This document shows, one piece after another, positions 51,319-60,444 of a stretch of 64,000 nucleotides of DNA (within the stretch, counting starts at the first letter, position 1; each line of letters starts with the position of its first letter). The translations under genes and the position numbers were made by a program. The notes beneath the pieces were generated by a model. It ran no database searches. It had not been told where the DNA came from and saw only the letters and a program-made list of their open reading frames with translations. The DNA is from an uncultured Gemmatimonadaceae bacterium (GTDB lineage Bacteria > Gemmatimonadota > Gemmatimonadetes > Gemmatimonadales > Gemmatimonadaceae). The stretch is taken from contig CAVVTZ010000012.1 in the NCBI GenBank assembly GCA_963751275.1, forward strand, positions 64,831-128,830, read 5' to 3'.

Positions 51319-52563
51319 CTACTCCTGCCTCATCGCCGCGACGGGATCGAGCCGCGCGGCGCGCGATGCGGGATAGACGCCGGCGACGATCCCGGTGATC
51401 GTGCCGACGAGCACGCCCAGCACGAGCGACCAGAGCGTGACGTTCATCGGGAGCGAGAACGAGAGCCGCAGGATCGCGGCGATCCCGATGCCGAGCGACA
51501 CGCCGATCGCGGCGCCGACGGTGCTGAGCGTCGCGGACTCGGCGAGGAACTGCCGGAGGATGTCGCGGCGCCGCGCACCGAGCGCCTTCCGCACGCCGAT
51601 CTCGCGCGTGCGCTCCGCGACCGCGACGAGCATGATGTTCATGATCACCATGGCGCCCACCACGAGGCCGACGCCCGGGATGACGACGCCCGCGATCGTC
51701 AGGATGCCCTTGATCTTCTGCCAGAATTGCAGCGCCGCCTGCGAGGTGAACATGATGAAGTTGTCGGGCTGTTCGGGACGCAGCTTGCGGCGCCCGCGCA
51801 TCGTGGCGCGCACCTGTTCCATGACGTCCTTCATCTGCTCCACCGAATTGCTCTGGATCAGGATCGTGGCGAGCACGCCGGGCGGCTGGGTGAGGCGCCG
51901 TCCGGGCGACTTGAGCGGCACCACGGCGAACTTGTCGAGCGACTGCCCGAAGACGCTGCCCTGCGGCATCGCGACGCCGACGACGGTGTAGTTGATCCCG
52001 CCGATCTTCAGTTCGCGGCCCAGCGGATCGAGGTTCGGGAAGAAGTGCATCGCCACGTCGTTGCCGATGACGACCACCAGCGAGCCGTGATCGAGCTCCT
52101 GCGGCGCGATGACGCGCCCCTTCGCGATGTCGATGCGCTGGATGGCGAAGAAGTCGCCGGACACGGCGAAGAGCTGCGCCTGCCGCCGCCGCGCGTACTG
52201 CGATTCCATGTACTGCTGCCACTGGGTGTTGCGCACCGCCCAGCGCGTGCCCTCGGGCAGCCCATCGACCACCGGGTGGATGTCGGCGTCGCGCAGGTAC
52301 GGCCGCCGCGTCCACTCCTTCCACTCGGCGTCGGTGACGTTCCCGATGTTGATGCTCGGGAAGCGGCGCAGCTCGAAGGTGTTCACCCCCATCAGCTTGC
52401 CGACGAAATCCTCCTCCATGTAACGGCCCATTCCCTGCACGATCGTGATCACCGCCACGAGGAACATGACGCCGATCATGACACCGAGCAGCGTGAAGAA
52501 GCTCTTGAGCTTCTGCACCCTGATCTGCTGGAGCGCGAGTTTGACGGCGTCGAGGAAGTGCAT
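51319..52563 (-). CDS. MacB/FtsX-type ABC permease, type A, pair 2
   Basis: QQIRVQKLKSFFTL, VGAMVIMNIMLVAVAERTREIG, DPVAAMRQE. Confidence 0.92.
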   Translation of the reverse strand: MHFLDAVKLALQQIRVQKLKSFFTLLGVMIGVMFLVAVITIVQGMGRYMEEDFVGKLMGVNTFELRRFPSINIGNVTDAEWKEWTRRPYLRDADIHPVVDGLPEGTRWAVRNTQWQQYMESQYARRRQAQLFAVSGDFFAIQRIDIAKGRVIAPQELDHGSLVVVIGNDVAMHFFPNLDPLGRELKIGGINYTVVGVAMPQGSVFGQSLDKFAVVPLKSPGRRLTQPPGVLATILIQSNSVEQMKDVMEQVRATMRGRRKLRPEQPDNFIMFTSQAALQFWQKIKGILTIAGVVIPGVGLVVGAMVIMNIMLVAVAERTREIGVRKALGARRRDILRQFLAESATLSTVGAAIGVSLGIGIAAILRLSFSLPMNVTLWSLVLGVLVGTITGIVAGVYPASRAARLDPVAAMRQE

Positions 52564-52595
52564 TCTTCCGTCCGGGTTCAGTGTTCCTTCTACCG

Positions 52596-52674
52596 CAGAC
52601 TTGGACGCTAGACTTGGACGTGAGAAGGCGACTCGAGACTGCGGTCTGACGTCTCAGTCGAGAGTCTCAGTCTG
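52596..52674. repeat. AGACT-type 14-nt imperfect hairpin
   Basis: CAGACTTGGACGCTAGACTTGGACG ... CGTCTCAGTCGAGAGTCTCAGTCTG; related to 47300-47384. Confidence 0.7.
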
Positions 52675-52677
52675 TCG

Positions 52678-53943
52678 TTATTCGTATCTCAGCGCTTCCA
52701 CCGGATCCAGGCGGGCCGCTCTGATCGCGGGGATCATGCCGAACGCCACGCCGGTGAGTGCGCTGGCGGCGAGCGCGAGGATGATCGCGAGCGGCGGGAT
52801 GCTCGCCTCGATCGGCGTCAGCGAGCGCACGGCGTAGGAGAGCGCGCCGCCCGTAACGAGTCCGACGATGGCGCCGACGCTGGTCATCGTCGCGGCCTCC
52901 ACGAGGAACTGCCAGAGGATCAGCCCCCGGGTCGCGCCCAGCGCCTTGCGCACGCCGATCTCGCGCGTGCGCTCGGTGACCGAGATCATCATGATGGCGA
53001 CCACGCCGACGCCGCCCACCATGAGGCCGATCGCGGAGAGTCCGATCATCACCCACGCGATCGTGCCGATGATCTTGTTGTAGAGCTCCAGCACCTTCTC
53101 CTGCGAGCTGACGAAGAAGGTATTCGTCTGCCAGGGGCGCAGCGTCCGGCGGGTGCGCAGGACGGCGACCGCGTCATCCATCGCTTCGTCCTGGGGAACA
53201 CCCTCACGCGGCTTCACCGTGAGGTCGAGCCACCGGACGCCCACATCCAGGCGCCGGCGGGCCGTCTCGAAGGGGATGATCAACTTCCCGCGGGAGCCCG
53301 CGTCGAAGATGTTGGGGGCCGGGTGGTAGACGCCGATCACGAGGAACGGCTTCCCATCCACCGAGATCGACTTGCCCACGGCTTCGGCTTCCGCGAAGAG
53401 CCGCTCTTTCAGATTGTCATCGATGAGCGTGACTTGTGCGGCGTCGGTATTCTCGGTCTCGGTGAAGCTGCGCCCCGGACTGATGTCACCGCCATCCACA
53501 TCGGTCCAGCCCGGCGTATACGCGTCGATCTGCGCGCCGGGCAGCGAGCGGTCCTTGTACTTCACGGCCGCCGACGAGTTCACGTGCGCGATGACGCCCT
53601 TGATCGACGGCTCCTTCGCGATCTGCGTCGCCTCGGCGACGGTGAGCGGCTGGTAGCGGATCCAGGGGCAGGTCTCCGGGCCGTTGCAATTGTTCACGGC
53701 GATCGGCCACTTCGTGATGTAGAACGTGGTGGGGCCGGCGGCCGCGAATCCCTTCTCCACGCCGGCATTGATGCCGTGCACCGCCGCGCTCATCGTCGTC
53801 ACGACGAATACGCCGATCGCGATCCCCATGACGGTCAGTGCCGAGCGCACCTTGTTCGCCCACATGCCGTCGAACGCGATGCGGATCCCCTCGCCGAGGG
53901 CGGTGGCGAGCTCCAGCAGGTAGGCGCGCGCCTGCGAGAGCAC
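52678..53943 (-). CDS. MacB/FtsX-type ABC permease, type B, pair 1
   Basis: GTG start overlaps upstream TAG; NKVRSALTVMG; EALRYE. Confidence 0.9.
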   Translation of the reverse strand: MLSQARAYLLELATALGEGIRIAFDGMWANKVRSALTVMGIAIGVFVVTTMSAAVHGINAGVEKGFAAAGPTTFYITKWPIAVNNCNGPETCPWIRYQPLTVAEATQIAKEPSIKGVIAHVNSSAAVKYKDRSLPGAQIDAYTPGWTDVDGGDISPGRSFTETENTDAAQVTLIDDNLKERLFAEAEAVGKSISVDGKPFLVIGVYHPAPNIFDAGSRGKLIIPFETARRRLDVGVRWLDLTVKPREGVPQDEAMDDAVAVLRTRRTLRPWQTNTFFVSSQEKVLELYNKIIGTIAWVMIGLSAIGLMVGGVGVVAIMMISVTERTREIGVRKALGATRGLILWQFLVEAATMTSVGAIVGLVTGGALSYAVRSLTPIEASIPPLAIILALAASALTGVAFGMIPAIRAARLDPVEALRYE

Positions 53944-55184
53944 TAGTCGGCCCTCAAGGCGGCGATCGGGTCGAGACGCGCGGCCTTCACCGCCGGCAAG
54001 GTGCCCGCCGCGATCCCGACGCCCGCGCCGACGACCACGGACAGCACGATGCTCCACGGCGCCACGGACGTCGGCAGGCCGAACATCGTGACGAGCAGTG
54101 AGATCCCGAAGCCGAACGCGATCCCGATGAGCGAGCCGAGGACGCTCAACGTCGACGCCTCGACCAGGAATTGCGCCAGGATGTCGCGCTGCCGCGCCCC
54201 GAGCGCCTTCCGGATGCCGATCTCCCGCGTGCGCTCGGCCACTGCCACGAGCATGATGTTCATGATGACCATCGCGCCGACGACGAGTCCGATCGCCGGG
54301 AGGGCGACTCCGACCTTCACGAGCACTTGCTTGATCGTGTCCCACGCCGAGAACGCCGACTGCGTGGTCTCGAACACGAAATTGTCCGGCTCGCCGGGAC
54401 GCAAATGCCGCCGGCGGCGCATGATCTCGCGCACGGTACTCTGCAGCTCGGGCATCGACTGCTCGTTCGGCGCCTGCACGACGATCCCCGCGATGTCGCG
54501 GTGCGAGAGCGTCACGCGGTTCATCACGCTGTGGAACGGCCCGAAGATCTGATTGTCGAAGTTGAAGCCGAGCGACGTGCCCTGTTTCTCCATGACGCCC
54601 ACGACCCGGAACTCGTAGCCCTCCATCCGGATGGTCCGGTCGATCGGATCGATGTTCGGGAAATAGGTCTTCGCGATGTCGGTGCCAATGACGACCACCG
54701 CCGCACCGAGCGCATCCTCCTGATCGGTGAACAGCCGCCCCTTCTCGACGCCGATGTCCTTGATGGTGAAGTAGCCGGCGGTCACCGCCTCAGCGCGCAC
54801 GCTGCCGGCGCTGCGCGTGAAGTCGGTCTGGGCGTGCACCTCGCGTTGGTCCTGGATCGCCCAGCGCGCGTCGTCGGGCAGTCCCGCGTGGATCGCGTCC
54901 GCATCGGCGGCGGTGATCCGCGGCCGCTGCTGCCACGCGCGCCACTCCGCCTCGGTGACGTCCCCCATGCCGATGTTCGGCATGCGCCGCACGTTGAAGG
55001 TGTTCACGCCGAGGAACTTCCCGGCGAAATCCACCTCGATCTTCTTGTTGAGCCCCTCGACGATCGACACGACCGCGATCAGGAACATCACCCCGATGAT
55101 GACGCCGATCAGCGTGAAGAAGCTCTTCAGCTTCTGCACGCGGATCTGCTGCAGGGCGAGGATGATCGCGTCGAGGAGGCGCAT
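53943..55184 (-). CDS. MacB/FtsX-type ABC permease, type A, pair 1
   Basis: QQIRVQKLKSFFTL; DPIAALRAD. Confidence 0.92.
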   Translation of the reverse strand: MRLLDAIILALQQIRVQKLKSFFTLIGVIIGVMFLIAVVSIVEGLNKKIEVDFAGKFLGVNTFNVRRMPNIGMGDVTEAEWRAWQQRPRITAADADAIHAGLPDDARWAIQDQREVHAQTDFTRSAGSVRAEAVTAGYFTIKDIGVEKGRLFTDQEDALGAAVVVIGTDIAKTYFPNIDPIDRTIRMEGYEFRVVGVMEKQGTSLGFNFDNQIFGPFHSVMNRVTLSHRDIAGIVVQAPNEQSMPELQSTVREIMRRRRHLRPGEPDNFVFETTQSAFSAWDTIKQVLVKVGVALPAIGLVVGAMVIMNIMLVAVAERTREIGIRKALGARQRDILAQFLVEASTLSVLGSLIGIAFGFGISLLVTMFGLPTSVAPWSIVLSVVVGAGVGIAAGTLPAVKAARLDPIAALRAD

Positions 55185-55188
55185 GGCC

Positions 55189-55989
55189 CTAGACCGTGGC
55201 GACCGTGCGCGCGATGAACTTCGCCTGGTTCTCGTCCGACGCCACGCGGCCGTCGCGCAGCTGGATCACGCGCTTGGCGTGCCGCGCGATGTCGGGCTCG
55301 TGCGTGACCATGATGACCGTCTGCCCGCCCTGCGCGAGCGTCTCGAAGACGCGCATGATCTCCTCGCTCGTCGTGGAGTCGAGGTTGCCCGTCGGCTCGT
55401 CGGCCAGCAGGATCGCGGGCCGGTTGACGAGGGCGCGCGCGATCGCCACGCGCTGCCGCTGTCCGCCCGAGAGTTCGTTCGGACGGTGGTCCATGCGGTC
55501 GGCCAGCTGCACCCGCTCCAGCGCCTCGGCGGCGCGGCGCTTGCGCTCCGCGCTCGGGACGCCGGCGTACACGAGCGGCAGTTCGACGTTCGCGAGCGCC
55601 GAGGCGCGCGGCAGCAGGTTGAACGTCTGGAAGACGAAACCGATCTCCCGGTTCCGCACGTGAGCGAGATCGTCGTCGGCCATGGTGGAAACCAGCTCGC
55701 CATTGAGCCAGTACTCGCCGCCGCTCGGCGTGTCGAGACAGCCGATGAGGTTCATGAGCGTGGACTTCCCGGAGCCCGAGGGTCCCATGATGGCCACGTA
55801 CTCGTTGCGGCGGATCGCGACGTCCACGCCGCGGAGGGCGTGCACCACTTCGCCACCCATGTCGTAATCGCGCGAGATGTTGCGGGTCACGATCACCCAT
55901 TCCTTGCTGGGTGCCGCGCCCGGTACGCTCGTGACGGCCTGGCGCTCCGCGGTGTTGCTGAGGCCGTACTCGCCCGTGTCGGCGCTCAC
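55189..55989 (-). CDS. ABC ATPase (LolD/MacB family)
   Basis: [32 protein letters not shown]. Confidence 0.95.
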   Translation of the reverse strand: MSADTGEYGLSNTAERQAVTSVPGAAPSKEWVIVTRNISRDYDMGGEVVHALRGVDVAIRRNEYVAIMGPSGSGKSTLMNLIGCLDTPSGGEYWLNGELVSTMADDDLAHVRNREIGFVFQTFNLLPRASALANVELPLVYAGVPSAERKRRAAEALERVQLADRMDHRPNELSGGQRQRVAIARALVNRPAILLADEPTGNLDSTTSEEIMRVFETLAQGGQTVIMVTHEPDIARHAKRVIQLRDGRVASDENQAKFIARTVATV

Positions 55990-57290
55990 GACTTCGCCAC
56001 CGCGGCGGCCGGCTTCTTCGCGCTCGTCGTATCCTTCTTGATCTCTCGGACCACCGTGCCCTCCTTCAGTTCGCGGATCGCCTGGAAGCTGCCGGAGACG
56101 ATCGTCTCCCCTTCCTGGAGGCCGCTGAGCACTTCGAAGTACTCTTCACCGGCGATCCCGATCTTTACGGGCCGGAACGCCACTTTGTTGTCCTTGCCCA
56201 CGACGAACACGCCCTCGACGTCGCGCTTGCCGACGTCCTTCTCCGCCTTCTTGCCGAGCACGACCTGCGCGGAGTCCTTGTTCTCGTTCTTCTCGTGCTC
56301 GCGCACGGTGAGCGCGATGATCGGGATGCTCAGCACGTTCGTGCGCGTGTCGGTGATGATCTTGGCGGTGGCCGAATAATCCGGCCGCGTGTCGGGCGGC
56401 GGATTCAGCAGCTGCACCTTCACCGAGTAGTCCACCGCCTGGTCGCCGGAGGTCGAGCTCGCGGTGCCCGAGGCGACGAGCGCGGAGTTGGAGATCTCCA
56501 CGACCTTGCCGCGGAACGTCGTATCGGGGAAGGCGTCGATCTCGATCGTGGCCGAGTCGCCCACCGAGATGCGCGCAACGTCGGTCTCATCGACCTTCAC
56601 CTTGGTCTCGAGCATGCTCATGTCGCTGATCGTGAGCAGCAGCGCCTGGTCCTTGCTGAAGGTGCCCGGCACCGCGGTCTCGCCCTGTTCCACGGCGAGA
56701 CGCGTGATCTTGCCGCTCATCGGGGCATTGATGGTCGTCTTGGCGAGCAGCGACTGCGCGTTCGCGAGCGCGGCGGTCGCCTGGTCGATCGAATGCTTCG
56801 CCGATTCGTAGAGCGCCTGGTTCACGTCCACGGTGGTGGTCAGCTGCTCCATCTGCTCGGCGGACACCAGCGTCGGATTCGTCTTGGAGATCTCCTGCGA
56901 CCGGTTGAGGGCGCTCTTCGACTGGTCGAGATTCGCTTTCGAGCGCGCCAGATCGGCACGCGCGGCGGCCACCGCCGCCTGGTTGCGCTGCACGTCGGCC
57001 TGGTATGTGGAGGGGTCGATCTGCAGGAGGAACTGCCCCTTCTTCACCATGTCGCCCTCCTTCACGGCGAGGCGCAGGATGCGGCCGCTGACGTCGGACG
57101 CGACGTCCACCTTGACGTGCGGCTGGACCTGCCCGCTCGCGGTGACCGAGGCGATGAGGTCACGCTTGCCGACCTTCTCCTCGCGCACGACCGTGCCCTG
57201 GTTGCTCCCCTTCTTCACGGCGAACGCCACGACCGCGCCCACGAGGACGACGCCGAGGATGAGGACGATCCACTTCTTTCGCTTGGTCAT
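55986..57290 (-). CDS. Periplasmic adaptor (MFP/MacA-like)
   Basis: N-terminal TM, ASG.VQP, VKEGD.VKKGQ, coiled hairpin, INAPMSG, VDETD. Confidence 0.92.
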   Translation of the reverse strand: MTKRKKWIVLILGVVLVGAVVAFAVKKGSNQGTVVREEKVGKRDLIASVTASGQVQPHVKVDVASDVSGRILRLAVKEGDMVKKGQFLLQIDPSTYQADVQRNQAAVAAARADLARSKANLDQSKSALNRSQEISKTNPTLVSAEQMEQLTTTVDVNQALYESAKHSIDQATAALANAQSLLAKTTINAPMSGKITRLAVEQGETAVPGTFSKDQALLLTISDMSMLETKVKVDETDVARISVGDSATIEIDAFPDTTFRGKVVEISNSALVASGTASSTSGDQAVDYSVKVQLLNPPPDTRPDYSATAKIITDTRTNVLSIPIIALTVREHEKNENKDSAQVVLGKKAEKDVGKRDVEGVFVVGKDNKVAFRPVKIGIAGEEYFEVLSGLQEGETIVSGSFQAIRELKEGTVVREIKKDTTSAKKPAAAVAKS

Positions 57291-57305
57291 TTGCCTGGGC
57301 TCCGG

Positions 57306-58799
57306 TTAACGCAAGGGACGGCCGACCGCGCGTTCCAGCGCGGCGAACGCCCGGTGATAATCAAAGATCGACGTGAGCCGTTGCTGGACGGCCTGCTGGA
57401 ACTGGTCACGCTGCGTGGACAGGTCCACGGCGGTCGCCGAACCCACGCGGTACTTCTCTTGCGCGAGCTTGAGCGCGAGCAGCGCCTGGTCCTCGTTCTC
57501 GACGGCGAGGTCGTATGCCTGGATCGCCGCCTCGAGCGTGAGGTACGCGCTCGTGACGCTGGCGGTGATGCTGAGCTCCTGCGAACGGATCCGGTAGCGC
57601 GCATCGTTCTCCGCCGCCTTCGCATCTTCCACGCCCGCGACGCGCTGGTAGCCATCGAGGATCGGCAGCGAGAAGGTCGCGCTCGCCTGGAAGGGCGACT
57701 TCGTGAACGCCCAATTGTGCACCGCGTTGTTCTGCTTGAGGATCGCGGCGGTGTCGGGCGGCAGATACAGCGCGTTGCAGTTGAGGTTGGCCATGCCGAC
57801 GCCCGTGCGCACCGAGTCCTGCGTGGCGCAGTTCGAGAGTCCCGCGTAGTACTCCGACGTGGCCGCACTCACCGGATAGTTGGAGTTGGTGTACTCGTTC
57901 GCATAGCCGCCCCAGCCGGCCTGGAGGTTCAACGTGGGCAGGAACGTGCCCTTCGCCTGCGTCGTACCGGTCTGCGCCGCCGCGTACCGCGCCTCGAGCG
58001 CCGTGAGCGCGGGGTTGTACTGGCGCGCCAGCGCGAGCACGGAATCGAGGCTGAAGGTGGGGTGCGTGACCGGGATGCGCGTGGTGAGGCGGACGCCCAT
58101 CGGCTCCGGGACGCCGATCAGCTGGAACATCGCCAGCCGGTCGACCTGCGTCTGGTTGTTCGCGCGGATCGCCGCGATCCTCTGGTTCCCGAGGCCCACT
58201 TTCGCCTTCGACAGGTCGAGCTGCGTGCCCGAGCCGACGGTCAGCTTGGCCTGGGCCAGATCCACCTGGATCTGGTTGCTGGCGATCAGGGAATCCTGCA
58301 GCGCCGCATTCGCCTGGTCCACGAGCACGAGCAGGTACGAATCGGCGACGTTCGAGCGGAGTGTCGCCGCGGCGCTCGCGATGTCGGCATCGGTCGCCTT
58401 GAGATTGTTGCCGGTGCGCGACGGGTTCGTGAACGTCGTCACGTTCAGTTGGTAATTGAAATTGATGCCATAGCCGGACTGGATCTGGTCCGAGCCGGTG
58501 GTAAGGCCAGTCACGCCGCTGACGTTGATCGGTCCCTGCTGCAGATAGCCGCCCGACAGGCTCACGCCGGCGTTCGGAATGAAGGCGGCATAGGCCGCCT
58601 TGTTCCGCGCCGAGGCGGGATTCCGCTGGTCCACCACCTGCTGGTATTCCGGATTGTTCTTGAGCGCGAGCGCGATCGCTCCCTCGAGCGTCAGCGCCGG
58701 CCCCGTCGTATCGGTCGCCACCTGGGCGCAGGCGGAGGCCGCGAACAGGGCGGTGCCCACCGCGAAACTGGCGGCCGCGACGAACTTCGAAACTCGCAT
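57306..58799 (-). CDS. TolC-family outer membrane protein
   Basis: LTLEGAIALALKNNP, FLPTLNL, LSLPI-like strand, YRVG..T..DL, LERAVG. Confidence 0.9.
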   Translation of the reverse strand: MRVSKFVAAASFAVGTALFAASACAQVATDTTGPALTLEGAIALALKNNPEYQQVVDQRNPASARNKAAYAAFIPNAGVSLSGGYLQQGPINVSGVTGLTTGSDQIQSGYGINFNYQLNVTTFTNPSRTGNNLKATDADIASAAATLRSNVADSYLLVLVDQANAALQDSLIASNQIQVDLAQAKLTVGSGTQLDLSKAKVGLGNQRIAAIRANNQTQVDRLAMFQLIGVPEPMGVRLTTRIPVTHPTFSLDSVLALARQYNPALTALEARYAAAQTGTTQAKGTFLPTLNLQAGWGGYANEYTNSNYPVSAATSEYYAGLSNCATQDSVRTGVGMANLNCNALYLPPDTAAILKQNNAVHNWAFTKSPFQASATFSLPILDGYQRVAGVEDAKAAENDARYRIRSQELSITASVTSAYLTLEAAIQAYDLAVENEDQALLALKLAQEKYRVGSATAVDLSTQRDQFQQAVQQRLTSIFDYHRAFAALERAVGRPLR

Positions 58800-58935
58800 C
58801 GGGTAGATTCCTGGTTAATGTCCTGCTGAACGTACGGCGCGCTCGTCGCGTCGGTTTCAGCCAGTGATGCAACGCGCCCCGCCGGGTGAGAGCGGGGCGT
58901 CGATGTCGCGCGACCGGCGCCCGAGGGCGCCCGGA

Positions 58936-59643
58936 TCAGCGGGGCATCTCGTCGCGGACGGCGCTCACATCGCCGAGCGTCACCTTGAGCACGCGGCCCT
59001 GGGAATCTATCCAAATGTCGCGCGTCGCGCCGCCCGCGATGGTGGCGTTCAGCCGTCGCGCGTCGGTGGGGGTGCCGCCGATCACCACCCGCTCCACGCC
59101 CATCAGCTGCACGTGCATCGTCTGCTGCACGTTCCGCGTGGGGATCACCACGGGAACGGTGAGCGTGGTGCCCTTGCCGAGCCGCTGGGCGAGGAAATAG
59201 TACTGGTGGAAGACGTCGTCATCGATCACCAGCGCGCCCTCGGAGACGATGTATTCCTTGGCCGCTTCGCCGGTGGGCGTCTTCACGCGCGCGCTGAACC
59301 GGCCGCGGGCGATGACCCCCTTGAGCCGCAGCTGCAGCTGGTCGTTCGTGCGCACTTCCATCTGGTACGCGAGCGGCGCGTAGCTCGTGTCGGTGCGGAG
59401 CGCCGGCGTGAGCCGCTGCGCGTCGAAATCGACGGTGGCATTGGCGACGTACACGACCTCATTCGGGGTGTCCGACCGCCGGATGGTGAACGTCTCGCGG
59501 CCCACGCGCGCGCCCTTCCGGAAGATCGTGAAGCTGCCCTCGTCCACGATCTTCTCCTGCGCCGCGGTGGGCGCGGGGAAGGCCGCCGCGGTGAGGCAGA
59601 CGGCGCACGCGAGGGACGCCCATTTCATCGGAATCGCGGTCAT
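58936..59643 (-). CDS. Hypothetical exported beta-rich protein
   Basis: Signal peptide ending TAAQ; VGRETF; IWIDSQGRVLKV; start overlaps upstream stop. Confidence 0.75.
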   Translation of the reverse strand: MTAIPMKWASLACAVCLTAAAFPAPTAAQEKIVDEGSFTIFRKGARVGRETFTIRRSDTPNEVVYVANATVDFDAQRLTPALRTDTSYAPLAYQMEVRTNDQLQLRLKGVIARGRFSARVKTPTGEAAKEYIVSEGALVIDDDVFHQYYFLAQRLGKGTTLTVPVVIPTRNVQQTMHVQLMGVERVVIGGTPTDARRLNATIAGGATRDIWIDSQGRVLKVTLGDVSAVRDEMPR

Positions 59644-60386
59644 GCGTCGCCGTCGGTGGTGAGGAAGAGGCGCTGGCCGACCCGCTGCCGGAGCCGCTCG
59701 TACAGCGCCCGTCCGGTGAGCGCGCTCGCGGCGCTGGGACAGCCCAGGCTGCGCGCGGTCTCGTCGGTGACGCGCAGTCGGCCGGCACGGTAACGGGCGT
59801 ACTCCGCCGCGGTGAGGGGATGATCGTGGGCCAGATCGAGCCGCACCAGCGAAGGCGCCAGGTGTAGCAGGATCGACGTCTCGGCCTCGCCGCCGGGGAG
59901 CGGACCGGGATCGGTGGAGAGCAGATCCTGCATCGGGATCGTCCAGAGATCGGCGACGCGCAGCCGCGCCGAGCGCGTGACGACGGTGATGAGCGCTTCC
60001 TGATGGAAAATGTGCTCGTTGGCGCTGAGCAGGATAAATTCCTTGAAGCCGGCGGACTCCCACTCGGCGATGAGGTCGTTGAGATAGCGATGGAGCGTCT
60101 TGCGGCGCACGGAGCTGTCGCCCGGTGTGGGGCGCGCGCCGGCGCGGAAGACGCCATACTCTACCGCGGGGGCGCAGAGGACGCCGAAGGCGGCGGACAG
60201 ATCATCGGCCAGGCGTTCGACGATGATCGTGGGCGCGCCGAGCGGCAGCTGGGCGCCGCGCGGCTCGCAGCTGCCGACGGGCACGATGAGGCGCGGGTCC
60301 TCGACCATGAGGGCCGCGACTTCGGCGGGGGTCATCTCCTTGAGGCGCCGTGGCGCGGACGTGACGGCGCGGAGGGAAGCGGTCAT
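59640..60386 (-). CDS. Creatininase-family protein with degenerate metal site
   Basis: LKEMT..EV, IVPVGSCE..G..LPLG, PAVEYG, GEAETSILLHLAP.LVR, G.P..AS...G. Confidence 0.8.
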   Translation of the reverse strand: MTASLRAVTSAPRRLKEMTPAEVAALMVEDPRLIVPVGSCEPRGAQLPLGAPTIIVERLADDLSAAFGVLCAPAVEYGVFRAGARPTPGDSSVRRKTLHRYLNDLIAEWESAGFKEFILLSANEHIFHQEALITVVTRSARLRVADLWTIPMQDLLSTDPGPLPGGEAETSILLHLAPSLVRLDLAHDHPLTAAEYARYRAGRLRVTDETARSLGCPSAASALTGRALYERLRQRVGQRLFLTTDGDA

Positions 60387-60444
60387 TCGGACTCGCGGTG
60401 ACGAACGACGTGAAGGCGTGTCCGGCGAATCCGGCGCGCCGGCG

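Noticed and set aside
56295..58829. Long antisense ORFs (e.g. 844 aa here, 662 aa at 29171-31159)
   Set aside because: Shadow frames of high-GC genes; Arg/Gly/His-rich with no recognisable motifs
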